Assembly: GCF_963921235.1 (NCBI RefSeq)
Contig: NC_086118.1
Location: 26,600,001-26,664,000, forward strand
DNA from: Mobula hypostoma
Lineage: Eukaryota
DNA length: 64,000 nt
Direction: 5' to 3'
Part shown: one piece after another, positions 25,819 to 40,275 of the stretch
Layout: every line of letters begins with the position of its first letter
How positions within the stretch are numbered: the first letter of the stretch is position 1
Notes under the pieces: generated by a model
The model's input: the letters and a program-made list of their open reading frames with translations, nothing else
The model's database searches: none
What the model was told of the DNA's origin: nothing
Made by a program: the position numbers and the translations under genes

Positions 25819-28325
25819 GTCTAACGATTATTGGGTCTAATTCTATTATTGTATTTCAGGGATCAAAAGTTAATTGTTTGCTTTCATTTTCCTTGCATTG
25901 GGCATTTATTTCAGCAGTAATTTCAGCACAATCACTTTGAATCACAAGAACTATAGCAGGCCATCACCTACACTGCTCAGTGACTTATCTGATTCAGATA
26001 TGGAAGGCTGAGCTCTGTGCTACTTAGCATCCTGGCTGCAATTGCCTGTCATGACTGTGTTTCATGAGGCAAGTCACACTGGTAGGCCACAATACACTCA
26101 CTAGTGCAGGGGCGGGGGCGGGGTGTGGAAATACAGACAAGAAACTACAGATGCTGAAATCCAGAGCAAAAAGCAAACTACGGAAGGAACTTAGAAAGTC
26201 AAGCAGCGTCTGTGGAGGCAAAGGGTGACATTTCAGATTGAACCCTGCACCAGCATCGAGAAAATTATTGACAGAGAGTAAAGCAACTGGCCAGCTAAGC
26301 TGTCTGCCACAGGAGTCAAGCTCTTGCTGCACTAAATTAAAAACTTCATTGAAATGTTGCTGGAAAGACAAACTATTTTCTAAAATGTAATTTATCTTAT
26401 TCTTAGGTCTCTCCCAAGCCGCTCTAAACAATAAACAAACTTGCAGATTCTGTGCCAATTTAACTGTGCAAAGTCCAGCAACAGAGTGTGCAGGCAGATT
26501 CGTCAGCTGGAATATGCCAGCACGTTTGTGACTTCTACCTTCAGAGACACGTGCACAAAGACTGAACTTGTAGGATCTGCAGAGGTGAACTCTAAACCTG
26601 TAAAGGAAATGCAGATTTCGTCCCATAAGATTCATGCAATAAAAGGTGGAATATTTGGTGGAAAAACACAATTAAGCCCCACAATATAAAAGAAAATGGG
26701 GAAACCCAGTAGGCGGGAAGTAGGAGAGCAGAGAGTTGCAAAAAAGAACCAGTTTCTCAGCTTCCCCCAGCCCCCACAACCACCCACACACTGTGGGTGG
26801 GTGAAGCTGATAGAAATAGGTTTAGTAAAGCTGTCCTGGGTGGGAAGTGGTAGTGGAATTAAATTACCCCTTCAGACATGAAGTAGTCTAGTTTTCTCTC
26901 AAATTATTGTCTTTTTGTTTAAAGAAAAATGAGAGGTTTTCAAGACTACCGATGGTGAATTTAGCCACTGCTTCTTTGTCAGTCAAAACACAAAATAAAA
27001 CTGCGGAAACCAGAAAGTGAAAAGATGCATTCTTAACACAAAGCTCAAGTGCAGCTTTACAAAATAAGCAGTAGCAAGCCTGGTTAACAGTTAAATAGAG
27101 AGGCATATTCCCTTATAGAAATAGAGGCTGTTTAATTCAGTGAAAGCAAAGTCCATCACAGCAGCTCCTTTAGGAATGTGTTTCAGGAATTATCAAGTGG
27201 GATCTGTGCTTATTGTCCATTCAAAACAAATGATGCATTCCTGCTAACAGCATTTCTACTTCACAAGTATTTACAGAACATGGCAAGCTATTCAGCCCAA
27301 GCAGTCCACACTCCACATGAGCCTAGTTTTAATAAAGCTTCTGTGATACAGTTCATTGAAAAGAAAATAGACAATTATTTCATGGCTTTGTTTAAAGAAA
27401 AAGTCTAGTTTCTAAATAACTTTTATTTGTTACACTAAACATTTGCAATACTTAATTGGCACTTCTTTTGACAAGGAGATTACAAAAATTTCCCCTCCCT
27501 CCTTTTAATCCAATTCAACCTCTTCAGCAAATATTATACATATATTTTAACCTGGTGACCACAGTCCAGGGCTTCTTGTGTGAAAATTACAATTTTGTGT
27601 ATTGAAAGGATGAAAGTAATTAACAGATATTTTTAATTTCTGCACATTTCAAGAAGTACTTGTATTGCAGCAAAGAGCTTTTTGATATTATCTGGTGATT
27701 AAATAATTCGCAATGATGCAGAAAATATATGCATAGAATATAATTACAAAGTACCACATATAAATCAGTACTGTATTGAAATGCAACCTGCGGTTCTGGT
27801 GCCTGAACACACTGCTGGAATATGAACTTTACTTTTAAGAGCTGTAGCAAATGGAAGTGATGCAAAATATTAAATAGTCTGTTTTCTATAATATTTGCAT
27901 GTTTCTCTCAATCCTCCTGTGGTACGTTAGTCCTGCTTTAAGACAAAGTGAGCCCAAGAGCAGATGTTGAGCGTAGAATTTTACTTCAATTACACCAAAT
28001 CCCCTGCCACTGCCTTGTGGTCTCTTTCTGTGAACATCATGAATTTCCACTGTGAAAATCTCATTCACAAGGGCAGAGAGGGTGGTGGCCAGCTCCCTGT
28101 ACATGACACTGCAAGAACTGAGCTGTATGACATGACTGAAGCAGCACTCAATTTGACACAAATTGTCTGCTCATGGGCTGTCACACATGCTGTTTTAAAA
28201 GCAGAGCTCATATTAAAAGAGCCCCATCACCACCACCCCAGGCAATATTCAGATCCGTTTTTTAAAAAGTTACAAATGGGGGGCAAAACTAAATCAGAGA
28301 CGTTTATGGAAATAAGTACAAGAGC

Positions 28326-28403
28326 AGGGGTTCCCAACCTCAGGTCCATGTACTCCTTGCTTAATGACATTGGTCCGTGGCATAAAAAAGACTGGGAACC
28401 CTG
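28326..28403. mobile_element. About 80-bp hAT-type MITE
   Basis: CAGGGGTTCCCAACC ... TGGGAACCCTG. Reverse orientation of the 25739 copy. Confidence 0.72.
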
Positions 28404-28538
28404 AACTAGATTAAATGAAACAGGGTACAGCCAGTTACTGATCTTGCTACATCATTGTGAGAATCTGACCTGGCACTTTGAAGCAAATTATGCCAGAACA
28501 TCTGACAAGATTTCTCCAACAATATTACATCAAATGAT

Positions 28539-28762
28539 AACAACAGGAATTCTGCAGATGCTGGAAATTCAAGCAACATACATCAAAGTTGCTGGTGAAC
28601 GCAGCAGGCCAAGCAGCATCTCTAGGAACAGGTGCAGTCGACGTTTCAGGCCGAGACCCTTCGTCCTGACGAAGGGTCTCGGCCTGAAACGTCGACTGCA
28701 CCTGTTCCTAGAGATGCTGCTTGGCCTGCTGCGTTCACCAGCAACTTTGATGTATGTTGCTT
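28539..28762. mobile_element. Fold-back PLE terminus: perfect 95-bp inverted repeat with TSD
   Basis: Arm 1 is 28571-28665, the loop is CT, and arm 2 is 28668-28762. TTACATCAAATGAT is duplicated at 28525-28538 and 28761-28774. Hammerhead core at 28666-28693. Confidence 0.92.
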
Positions 28763-30136
28763 ACATCAAATGATGCCAGTTTTGTGTTACACTCCTTTTG
28801 GAGCATTAGAGGAGAAATTATTCTTCTCCATCAGCAACCAATCACTGCTTACTTATGAGACAGTCGTGTTTACACAGCACAAGACAGTTTGGAAAGCCTT
28901 GGAAGGAAATTCCATGCTCACCTTCCATTCAAGGCTCACTTTGCTTTGATTATCCCCAATCTGATTCACAGCAATCCTTCCTTGAATTATCAAAGGTACA
29001 GGAAAAGTTTAAGAAAACTTTTCTGAAACTCGTCTGCAACCTATAATGTAAGTGAGCCTGAAAATAATTTTCACTGCACTCAATCCCCCCCCCCAAAAAA
29101 TAAACATCAGCCCTGAGTTAAACAGTGAAATATCAAAGAGAAGAAAGCCTGAGCCAAGGGCAGTGTTGATAAAAACAGTAACAACAGGCTTCCAGAACTC
29201 GTCATATTTCCTCTAGATTGCAATCCAAGAAATGGTCTGTTTCCTGTAATACTTCCAAGAAATATCCAACCACTTCTGCACCATTTTTAAAATCTCTTCT
29301 AAATAATCAATCTGAATTTTAAAATGAAGTTCATAATTCTACAGATACCTTATCATTTTTCCTGACAAATTTAACTGCAGAAATTAATCTGGTATTGTCC
29401 ATTATTCTACCTCTCCAAGTCGCTTTTGGAGAAAAATGTTAGTACAACTGAATATAACAGCAAAGATTCTGACACACATCAACAGGAAACACCTCTATAT
29501 CATCTTACATCTTCTTACAAGTATGCCAGTCCATGAAAACCACCACTTAAACAAAAGGCTAATTTTAGTTGCAATGTAATTAGAACATTAGCATTCTGTT
29601 TAATCCTGAGGAACACCGCCAGTGGGATTAACCCCGTACTCTCATCATTCTAATTATTGCTTTAAATAGCAATGGACCAGCTGGCCAATGCTCAGAGGAG
29701 GAGCAAAAGTCAATGTATACCCACTAATAATTTGTGAAGCATATGGCTGGATACTAATGGCCTTTTGAAAAAGGATGGTGGTACCAATTCCCTTCAATTT
29801 AATAGGCGATAAAACGTATTCCCATTAAGTACATGAATTTAAAAAAATAGTTTGCAGATTTTCTAATCAACAGCAGTTACACTTTTACTTAGATCCACAC
29901 CAAAAAGTAGAAGGAAGGAGTGAAAAAAAAGTAACAGCTACGTGGTCCCCAGAAAGATTTTAGAAGCATTAGGATGGTAAAGAAGAATCGGATGTGATTT
30001 GGATTTCTAGCCAAGGGTGTTCACAATGTCAGCATGTTGAGATACGCTATATTCTACTCAGTGTTTTCCAAGCCTGATGAGTATCAATGATGTTTAATTT
30101 CAGTTTTTCCCCTACTGCCTCTCCCTCTAATACTTA

Positions 30137-30395
30137 ATCAGAATTAGATTTCCTATCGCTGGCATATGCCATGAAATATGTTTGCAGCAGCAGTACCCGG
30201 CAGTACATAAAAAACTATAAATTACAGTAAGATATTACATTTAAAAGTGAGGTAGGGCACATGGGTTCATTGTCCATTCAGAAATCTGATGGTGCAGGGG
30301 AAGAAGCTGTGCCTGTAATGGTGTGTGTGTGTGTTTGCATGTCCTTGATGTAGCAAGGAGAAGAAGGCCTGTTCTGGCTGATGGGGGGTCCTGAC
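30137..30395 (-). mobile_element. Rex1/Babar-type 3' end remnant
   Basis: Matches 5008-5360 (ctggcatatgccatgaa, catgggttcattgtccattcagaaatctgatgg). Confidence 0.7.
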
Positions 30396-33300
30396 CAACT
30401 GATTTAAGGGAATGTCTTCCAAACAATGTGCAATTAATGACTGTGCATATTAAAACAGTGAGTCAGAATATGGAAGGACTTAAGAATTAGTTGGTTTGCC
30501 AAAGAGCAAGATATTCCCCCTCTACTTATACTGTAGCACCAGGTTAATTCTACAGACTTGAAAAGTATTAGTCCCTTATTGCAAATACTTCCAAGTTCAT
30601 TCAAAATTAAAATCATACTACTGTACAGCCTCCTCTTCAGAAGATTAATCAAATTAATCCCACAGCCTATTTTTTCCAACCCATCTCCAAATATATTTAT
30701 TTCTCTTTCAAAGGGTAACATTGAACCAAATCCTAGGCAGCGCATTTCAGCTCATGACAGGTTGCCGATTTTTTTAAAAATCTCTCACTTTTTCTTATTA
30801 CCTTTGTTTTGAGTCTGTCCTTTTTATTATGGAAATAGCTTCCTGAAAAGTTATCAAAGTCTCTTATTATTTTTGCCACCATTTAAATTTACCTTAATTT
30901 CCTGCCTTAGGATACACACACCCCAACATCTGCATATAAACCAATTTAAGACTGAATTGAACAACAACACGCAAGTAGAGCAGATTGCAACAAAATAAAA
31001 CAAAACTTGATGCAACCATCAGTCAAATAAATGAGCAAAGGGGGAGGGGAAGGAGACGGTTTGGGAGAAGTGGAATCAAAGATAATAAAGCAGCCCAGAA
31101 CCCAGAACACACAGAGGACACAAACTGCATTGCTGCTTTGGAGCAATAATCAGCAATCCATTTACAAGAATGTCCAGAAAAAAAAGTGCTATGTGATCAC
31201 TAGTATCAACTGATGGTCATAACTTTAACCAAAGCAAAAGGTTTGCTCAAGTAAAAGCCAACAATGCCGTGAGAGTATTTAGAGAAAAAAAGGTTTCCTA
31301 CCGAACATTTATCTCTCAGAGCACCTCTAAAACAGATTACATAGCTATTCATCTTCCTGCTGTGAGTGGGACACCAGAGCAGAACGCCAGCTTCTTGGAC
31401 ACTGCCTCTTCACAAGATAAAATATCTCTTTACATTGGATGTGAAAGCCAAAGCAAACACTAGTCTTTCAGAGGTCAAAAGTATGTACTTGAATTGCATT
31501 GATATTAGGGTGTCGTTTAATAACTTGGGGCACAAGACATCAGCTGCCCTGTTCTTTAAACTCTTCCTCACCACTTAAATAACAGATACAAAAAAAACAA
31601 GGACTAGTTAATGAAACCATGGATTTTAAAATGAAAAGACTTTTAAATTTTGTGATTCTATATCCAAAATGTGTTGGGGCAACACATCTACTTGGGAATA
31701 TCATGGAGTGAGGTTATGGGGAGAAGGCAGGAGAATGGGGTTGAAAGAAAATATATCAGCTATGATTAAATGGTGCAGCAGACTCAATGTGCCGAATGGC
31801 CTAATTCTGCTCCTGTGAATAATTGTTCTTCAGGCGGGTTAGTCCCTTAAACAATATCACTGCCTTGTAAAGATGACTAACTAGGTTGCTGCATGGAAAA
31901 TTCTATTTTTACATTAGAGCCAATCTACAGAGGCAAATTTATTCAAAACTACAATAGGTACCTACTACAGCTCTGAGTTCATAAAAACAAAGTTCATGGC
32001 TTCAAGATAGCTGAAAGAATATTTCCCTAAACACAAATGCAATTATATTGTTCAAGTTTCTCACCACACAGCTTATTATTTTGAGTTACCAATGAGGATT
32101 GTTTTGCCACACACATCAGAGAACTGTTCTTGGCTCTTTTACTTCAGTTCTCAGTATGTGTTCATAATTAGACCAATTAACACGATACACTTATGGACAC
32201 TGCTGCAAGAAATAAACTGAAATGATTTGACTGAAACAGGTTACGATTGCACTGATGACCCAATGCCTCATAAGAGGTTTTTCCAACTGTACACTGTGAT
32301 TTGATTGTCCATACTCTAATCTTGTTTTTGCTTCTATCAATTAACTTTCTGTATTTTTATTTACTACTCAGATGTACAAAGATTTTGTAGTCAAAATAAC
32401 AGCTGAACCTTGAGTTATCACTGTTATTCGGGTAACTCCATCGACTACATCCCACAAGTGCACATGAACAGCTAAAAATGGAAGTCAGGAGTTGCCACGT
32501 GCCATTTTGGCTGCAGAATCATTGCTCATCAAGCAACCAGAACTATTGTGAAGTGGCACTAAGCTGATATTCTTACATGATTCACAAAATACTTGGGGTT
32601 TAATCATTCAAATCAAATTTTAAAGTAGGGACATCATGTCTGAACTACCAACAAACAACTGGTCTGGCTCTGAAAGTTAACTTTATGAAATGCAGAGCCT
32701 CAGAATTCTTTTTTTTTAAAATCTTGTTGCAAGTTTTAAAATTTTTCTTCCTTTAATCTCGTGCCATTCATTTTGTATCACAGAATTAGTTGGCATTCCA
32801 TTACATATTCTCTCTCTCTCTCACACACACACAATTTCAATCTCTACATGGCTTAGTAATAAGATTTTTTTTTAAAATTCATTGCCAATACTTGCATCTC
32901 AGAAAAGCTGGTATTTATTGTCCCAAACCAACGAGGCAGCAAAAGTCAACCATGGTGGCAAGATTGGAGTCATACACAAGTCAGACTGGGCAAGGACAAA
33001 TGATTTCCATTACTGAAGGACATTAGTAAAACTGAAGCATTTTTACCACAATCCCTGTTTACCACAATTCATGATCATCATAACTGAGACTAGCAGTTGA
33101 ATGGCAGACTTATTTCATTATTTTAGTTCATATTCCCTGGCTCCCATGGTAGAATGTTAAGCTCACGTCTCTGAACCAAAGGGCCAGAATGATTTCTACT
33201 CATCCAGCAGACCTTTGCACTTGACCTGTTCTCACATGTCCCTGACACTGATTTCCAATTGCAGCTAATTCTGGTGCATAAGCGTATTAAACAACCCAGA

Positions 33301-36300
33301 CCAACTATAAAGCACAGGCCTACATTTTCTTGCTGTACTTCAACCTAGCATTGGGCAAATCACCATGCTCATACAAGTAGAACGCTGGGTAACTCTAACT
33401 CTCAGTCAGTCACACAGGCTTGCAGCTCATCTGCTTCCACTCTGGTTCTGGGCATTATGTGGTGACTGATACGACCCGTGGGAGAAGCACAGACTCTTCT
33501 ACAGTTGGGATGGGTGGATGAATCCTTCTGGATGTTTACACTGGACCAGTGTGCTCCTGCACATGGGCCCTACTTCCTGCTTCCATCCTAAATGCTGCTC
33601 CTCTACTTCGGGCGAAAACAGACCAGGGATACACAAAAGACAATGAGAAATGGAACTTTCTCAGTGAGGCTTAAAAGCATTCTTAACTATTTTCAATGGT
33701 CTATCTAGTAATCTCTTCCCATGATAGATGTGTGTACAGTTCTCTGTTTCCTTGGTCTGGTGTTGAGAATGTGAATATCATGCCCCAAATCTGGGGACTG
33801 TTGGTTCACTTATCCTTGCAGTAAATCTGCAGAACCTTGTGGTATGACTCAACTGACATGAGGTACCTACACATAAGGTGGTTGCCAAGTCTCAGAAGCA
33901 TGTTGAGGACAAAGATCACTGTGGGGACTATTTTTTTCCCCAAAAACTGAAATCCTTGGCTAGAGCACTGAAGCAAAGGGGAATTCTTGCACTGTCTCCT
34001 CTGAGTATAGATTTTTACATTTTTAAATTCAGTGAGAGTCCAGTGTTCAAGGCTGCATGGCGAGTTCTACTGCAGAAATGAAATACATGGAAAATTAAAC
34101 AGGACAACGTAAGGATAGAAACTGCACAGAACCTCAATGAATGTAATTATTAATTATAATGAAATTCTTCAGCTACTCTACCAGCTAACTGAACATAATA
34201 CAATTCCCTTCTCCAGAGTCCAATTCCATTTATATGGAATGAAGACAGAATTTGAATTTATCTTTAAGTTTTAATTAAGAAATGCAGTCAGACTAATTTA
34301 TAACACAAGTGTCAAAAATTGAATCCTTACCGATGTGCTTCCCTCACACATTCCCCCACCCACTGGCATAAGGTGACTAATGCATGACCCTCGTGGAAAA
34401 ATACACTGAATTACAGAAAACTATCCCCATAACCACTGCTGAACTCTCAAACATAGGGTACAATGAAGAATGATACAAGATCCACGAGGAAGCTAAGACA
34501 AGGCATTTGACAACCACTGGCACAGAACTAAGGTCATGCCAGTCACTGGCTGCAAATAAATGAGATAATCTAGAAAATGATTTTTTTTTTTTTAAAAGGC
34601 AAAGTTTTTTTTAATGCTTAATAATGTATCAAAACAATTTAGCTGTGGCACAGTGCAGTTTTTCAGCACAAAATTAATCCTATCAAAGCACTTTGAACTA
34701 ACTTAAGCAATTTGGTCACCCATTAGCTGATAAGACAGCTCAACTGAAACAAGGTGGGGGAAGAAAAATCTTTCAACAAGTTACATTTCAGAACATAAAT
34801 TTACCTTCAATGGAGCAATTTTTCCAGCACTTAAAAGAATTTTTATTCTGGCAAAAAAATTACCTTCCAATAAAATGTGTTAAATATTTTAATGAGTATA
34901 TCATGTCTATTTAGGTGTTTGGACATTTATTTGGAACAGACCTGATTGTTATTGCTCCTAAGCAGAGTTTGTAAATGAGATTTAGAAAAGAGCCTGGAAT
35001 TGATTAGTAACTGAGGTAATTCAATGTAATAAAAGCTCCATTACTCAAATATTCAGGTCACAACCTTGTGTTGCAGTACTTATTTATAGAAAATTCAACC
35101 ATTAACTCTGATCTACTTTCCATTTGGCAGAGTTGCCTGTGAAAGAACAAAACAAGCCAAATACAGAAAAACTAGATTCTAAACGCAAAGCCAAACACCA
35201 GTGACAAAACTAGAATTGAAGGGGAAATTTAAATATTACTTGAAATGCAGTTTCCAGATATAACTGATTTATACAGAAATGGCTGAAAGGTAAATCAAGC
35301 AAACTCCTGAACCCAGAAACAACCAAAACGAAGGTGTCGTCTAATGACCAGTACCACCTTTACTACTTCTTGCTTTTGCTCACTTCTTCACTTTGGTAAT
35401 GTGTTTTAATGTTCTCAAATGTCCATCTCTGTATTTCTTTTTACATAATTAGTTCAATATTGCTTTAATGAAAATGAAAGTAACCACTGAAAATATCAAT
35501 TATCCAGGTGGCCAGACCAATCTCAAATCTGCATATTCAGTACATTATCTACAACTCCTGCTCCAAAACAGCTTTCACCAAATGTCAGGCTCACAGCCTC
35601 ACGCGACATATCTCCAGAATGTGTGGCTCTGTTTCCTTTTAAATCACATTTAGATTAAGTTAAAATGCTGTGCCAATGTGCATACACATCAGATCCACCA
35701 CAGCATTAAATCACAGTAACTAAGAAGATGCATTGTTGTAAGCAGTTTTGCCACATTTAACGAGCTACTGTTCTGCACTGTATTCTTTAAACCACAAATT
35801 ACAAATGGGAATAGCCTATGGTCTAAGGCCAATTGCCAGTGCTAAAAAAGTTGCAGTAGTTTGGCTGTTCCTTACAAATTCCTGACTGAAGGTCAAAAGG
35901 AAATTAATCATTTTCTTTCTAATCTTTAAGATGGCATTTATTAAACGTTAACCTCATTCGTCTTCGCCTCTCATTTTTTTTTCCCATGAATATCACTTAC
36001 ACCAATCTTCCAAATGTGACCCTCTGGACAATGACAGACATGTAAAAAAAAAATCCAAGAATAACACGAGGTCACAAGACATTCTGAAGCAGCAACAGAG
36101 AATCACCTGTGAGCAAACGTAAACAGTGAATATGTTAAATGTCACTGCATGATTTGCAGCACACAGGAGTAAGGCAGGAAAGAACCCAAACTATTCTTTA
36201 AAAAACAAATCAATATCCACTTCAAAATGCATCTCTTTATTTTAATGCTAAAGTTACAAATTTTAAAATAATAGTTATAACCACCTGATTGTTTAACATA

Positions 36301-37471
36301 AAGGTTAACTAAGGCTTCAAATTGTCCTTTCAGCTCTGGAGCCAGATGAGAAAATACAGAAAGAAAAAAAAATCAATTAATGTAAGTAACCTTTCATTGC
36401 CAGTCATATGATCGGTTTTATACAAGGATGGCCAATGTGAACCCAGATTCCAAGGTGTGGCTCTGCATTCATTACAAAACTAATAGGCACTCTCGCAAAC
36501 CCTGCTTGTAAATTGGAATGATTCCAATTTCTACTGTGCTCCGGTTTACAATTGACTGTATAAATAATTCAAACGACAGATTCTCCCAACCCTGCATTGG
36601 CTAGTGGGCTGCAGGAGTCCTGAGGTCTAATCACGGACAAAAACAAAAATCAGAATAATCCAAAACCCATTCCAAGAAGCAATACAATCACCAAGCATCA
36701 AACTTACGGGAAATTAAAGGGAGTAACAAATATCACGGTAATAGGAGAACTGTGCCTTTTTAAAGTTTCAACCACAATTCTAACTACAAGACAATACATG
36801 ACAGAAGCCAAAGAATGCTTTCGTGAATATTTCAACAAATATCAGATAACAATTTCAGATAGCAAATGCCTTCCTCACAAGCAAGAACAAAATTTCACGG
36901 TAGGGTATTAGTTGGACTAAAGAAAACATATCACAAATGCAGTGGAAAGTGACTTCACCATCTATGAGAAATATTAAAATTCTATTTGTACAACTTAAGT
37001 ATTAGCATATAAATCAGTAATTACTATTGTTTGAAGCAACTATAGGAGCCAGTAGCTAAACATGTCACATGTACAACTGTGTCGTGGGAGCATCTATTTT
37101 CCGGAGAGCACAAATATGTAGTCTCCAGATACAACAGGATTGTTATTGCAAAAGATTCATGTTGGGAATTTCTTCTGCTGCATTTCTGAATGAATATCAA
37201 AGAGAAGGCTGTTTATGTATTTCATTATGGGTTTATAGTCAAGTTACAGCGACCAATTCCACGAAACTCAATAACATTTCAAATGGCAACATCCACAAGT
37301 CCAGTTTCAGGTACAATCCCACGGGATGCTTTATGCAAGTATCAGATTTCACTTGTATTCTTGTAGTACTTGCATCTTTGTAATACATGTAGTATTCTGA
37401 GACAGAAAATCATAGGCTCAAGTCCTGCTGAACAACATTATTTCATTACAATGCTAAAGAATTCAGCACCA

Positions 37472-38095
37472 GAGATCAGAATCAGGTTTAATATCACTGG
37501 AATATGTTGTGAAATTTGTTAACGTAGTACAATGCAATACATGATAATTATAGAAAAACTGAATTTAAAATATATACAGTATATATTAAATAGTTAAATT
37601 GAAATAAGTCATGCAAAAACAAATAATAAAAAGTAGTGAGATAGTGTTCATTGGTTCAATGTCCATTTAGAAATTGGATGGTAGAAGGGAAGAAGCTGTT
37701 CCAGAATCCCTCAGTGTGTACCTCCTTCCTAATGGTAACAGTGAGAAGAGGGCATGTCCTGGGTGATGGGGGTCCTTAGTGATGGACACCACCTTTCTGA
37801 GGCACCGCTCTTTGAAGGTGTCTTGGATACTACAGAAGCCACTCAATTCTGTGCAGCACCCCCCCCCCCCCACAATACCAGAGAGTGATACAGCCTGAAA
37901 GAATGCTCTCCACAATACATCAGTAGAAGTTTGAGTGTTTTCAGTGATAAACCAAATCTCCTCAAACCATTCATGAAATTTAGCCATCATCTTGCCTTTT
38001 TTATAGCTGCATCGATATGTTGGGACCAGGTTAGATCCTCAGAGATACTGACACCCAGGAACTTGAAATTGCTCTCTCTCCACTTCTGATCTTTC
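37472..38095 (-). mobile_element. Rex1/Babar-type LINE 3' fragment
   Basis: ERCLRKVVSITKDPHHPGHALFSLLPLGRRY and an agaatcaggtttaatatcactgg tail. Confidence 0.8.
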
Positions 38096-38255
38096 AGGGA
38101 AGATGATAAACTACATTCCTATCTGCCCTGGAAAGCAGAAGAACTAGTACAAAAGGAAGATATAGCTAAAACAAATTTGGTTCTATATTGATTCTATATA
38201 CAAGAAAGAGGCGATTGAGAGAGGGTGAGCGAGAAAAAGCAGGAAATTAACTCAA

Positions 38256-38346
38256 ACACGAGGAAATCTGCAGATGCTGGAATTTCAAGCCACACACATA
38301 AAAAGTGCTGCCTGGCCGGCTGCGTTCACCAGCATTTTTTTAATAT
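38256..38346. mobile_element. Very short PLE insertion (inverted terminus plus forward terminus)
   Basis: 15-bp TSD AGGAAATTAACTCAA (38241-38255, 38347-38361) around acacgaggaaatctgcagatgctgg... and tgctgcctggccggctgcgttcaccagc. Confidence 0.78.
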
Positions 38347-38439
38347 AGGAAATTAACTCAATTAGCCCAATGTCTACCATTAGGAGAATGCTAGACTTTA
38401 CATATATAAAAAAACAGGACTGGGACATTTACAAAATCA

Positions 38440-39470
38440 TAACACAATCAAGCTGAATCAGTATAGTGTTATGAAAGTGAAACAATATGCTAAATTTATT
38501 GGAGGTCTTCAAACAAGCAAGGTGGATAAAGGCGAACCAGTATGTAAGTGATGTGTTTCAATTTGTGAAAGGCACTTGGAAAAGATGCCACTTAACAAGT
38601 TACTGCAGAAGGCGAGGCGTCATCCAGAGCGCAGGTGACTGGCCATCTTATGGAAAACAGACTCACGAAAAATAGGTCATTTTCCAATTGGCCAGATGTA
38701 ATGAATAGAATATTACTGGAATCTGCATTAGAGATTCAACCATTTTCTCTTTGTATTATTGACTTGAGTGAAAGATTTGCAGATGCAAAGAGATAGGACG
38801 AAAGCACATTGCGAGGATTTACACACAATTGTGATGCAACATAGATTAAGCGAGGTGGCAGATATTTTACTGGAATTATGATGTGGGTATAGTGCTGCAG
38901 TCCTAATGAAAAGAAGAGAAAAGCAGAGGTTGTTTTGATGGGAAGAGACTTAGCTATTCTATATTGTGCAATTTGAGTGTTCTTAATACGGGAAACAATT
39001 TTTTTTTGCACACAAGTATAGCAAGTTATTATGAAGGAAGTTGGAATGTTGACCCGTTTGTAGAGGCAATGGAATGTTAAAGAAAGGATCATTAGTATTC
39101 ACTTACAGAGCATTGCTGAGACAACACCCAAAATGCCGTGCAGTTTTGGTGTTTGTATCCAGGTAGGCATACGCTACCAGTTCAGTCAGTTCAAGGGAGG
39201 TTCACTGAAGGCTTGACAGGATATATTTGTCTAGTAGGATAATAAGAAGCACACTAAAATGAAGGAAGAATATCTGTCTCATGAAGTTATCTTCCCAAAA
39301 AAACCTGTGGAGGCTGACACTGAATATATTCAATACTTTTAGTGACATCTTTGTACAGGGGATGGGGGGAAAAGAAAGAAAGAAAACATTTCGAGGTCAA
39401 ATTAGTCATGAACTTTTGAATGCAGAGAATACACAAAAGTAAAAGATAGCTTGCTCCAGATCACATTGGA
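38440..39470 (+). mobile_element. Highly decayed CR1 (RT to 3' end)
   Basis: NLLEVF and FAD-like motifs, plus a gtgcagttttggt (VQFW) segment. Confidence 0.55.
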
Positions 39471-40275
39471 ATGGAAAGTTAAATGCAACCCAAAAAAATG
39501 TGGAATAGTACAATTTTTATGGAAGAAAACAGGGAGAGACTGAAAAAGCCAAATTTAACACAAGGGTTAATATCACATGTACAATGCTCCTGTACCTTAT
39601 AAAGTTAGAACATTATGTTAAACCGTAGAAAATTCAAGCTAAACACCATGAGATAAGCCTACAAGAGGAGAGACTGTACTTGATCTGGTATTGGGAAATG
39701 AAACTAGTCAGGTGTCAGATCTCTCAGTGGGAGAGCATTTTGGAGATAGTGATCACACTGCTATCTCCTTTACCATAGCATTGGAGAGGGATAGGAACAG
39801 ATAAGTTAGGAAAATGTTTAATTGGAGTAGGGGGAAAATATGAGGCTATCAGGCAGGAATTTGGAAGCGTAAATTGGAAACAGATGTTCTCAGGGAAACG
39901 TACAGAAGAAATGTGGCAAATGTTCAGGGGATATTTGCGTGGAGTTCTGCACAGGTACGTTACAGTGAGACAGGGAAAGGATGGTAGGGTACAGGAACCG
40001 TGGTGTACAAAGGCTGTTGTAAATCTAGTCAAGAAGAAAAGAAGAGCTTACAAAAGGTTCAAAAAACTAGTTATGATAGAAAGCTAGAAGATTATAAAGC
40101 TAGCAGGAAAGAGCTCAAGAAAGAAATTAGGACAGCCAGAAGGGGCCATGAGAGGGCCTTGGCAGACAGGATTAAGGAAAACCCCAAGGCATTCTACAAA
40201 TATGTCAAGAGCAAGAGGATAAGACGTGAGAGAACAGGACCAATCAAGTGTGACAGTGGAAAAGCGTATATGGAA

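Noticed and set aside
26024..26671. Longest ORF in the track (215 aa, minus strand)
   Set aside because: No recognisable domain. The C-terminal part runs through a decayed PLE terminus, and there are no convincing splice boundaries.
28539..28762. pre-miRNA, or the ORFs at 28444-28949
   Set aside because: The hairpin is entirely repeat-derived and perfect, and the ORFs translate the PLE terminus. No miRNA family was recognised.
36284..36381. Overlapping candidate exons on both strands (48 nt plus, 51 nt minus)
   Set aside because: The signals are generated by an A-run and a weak donor, and the peptides were not recognised.
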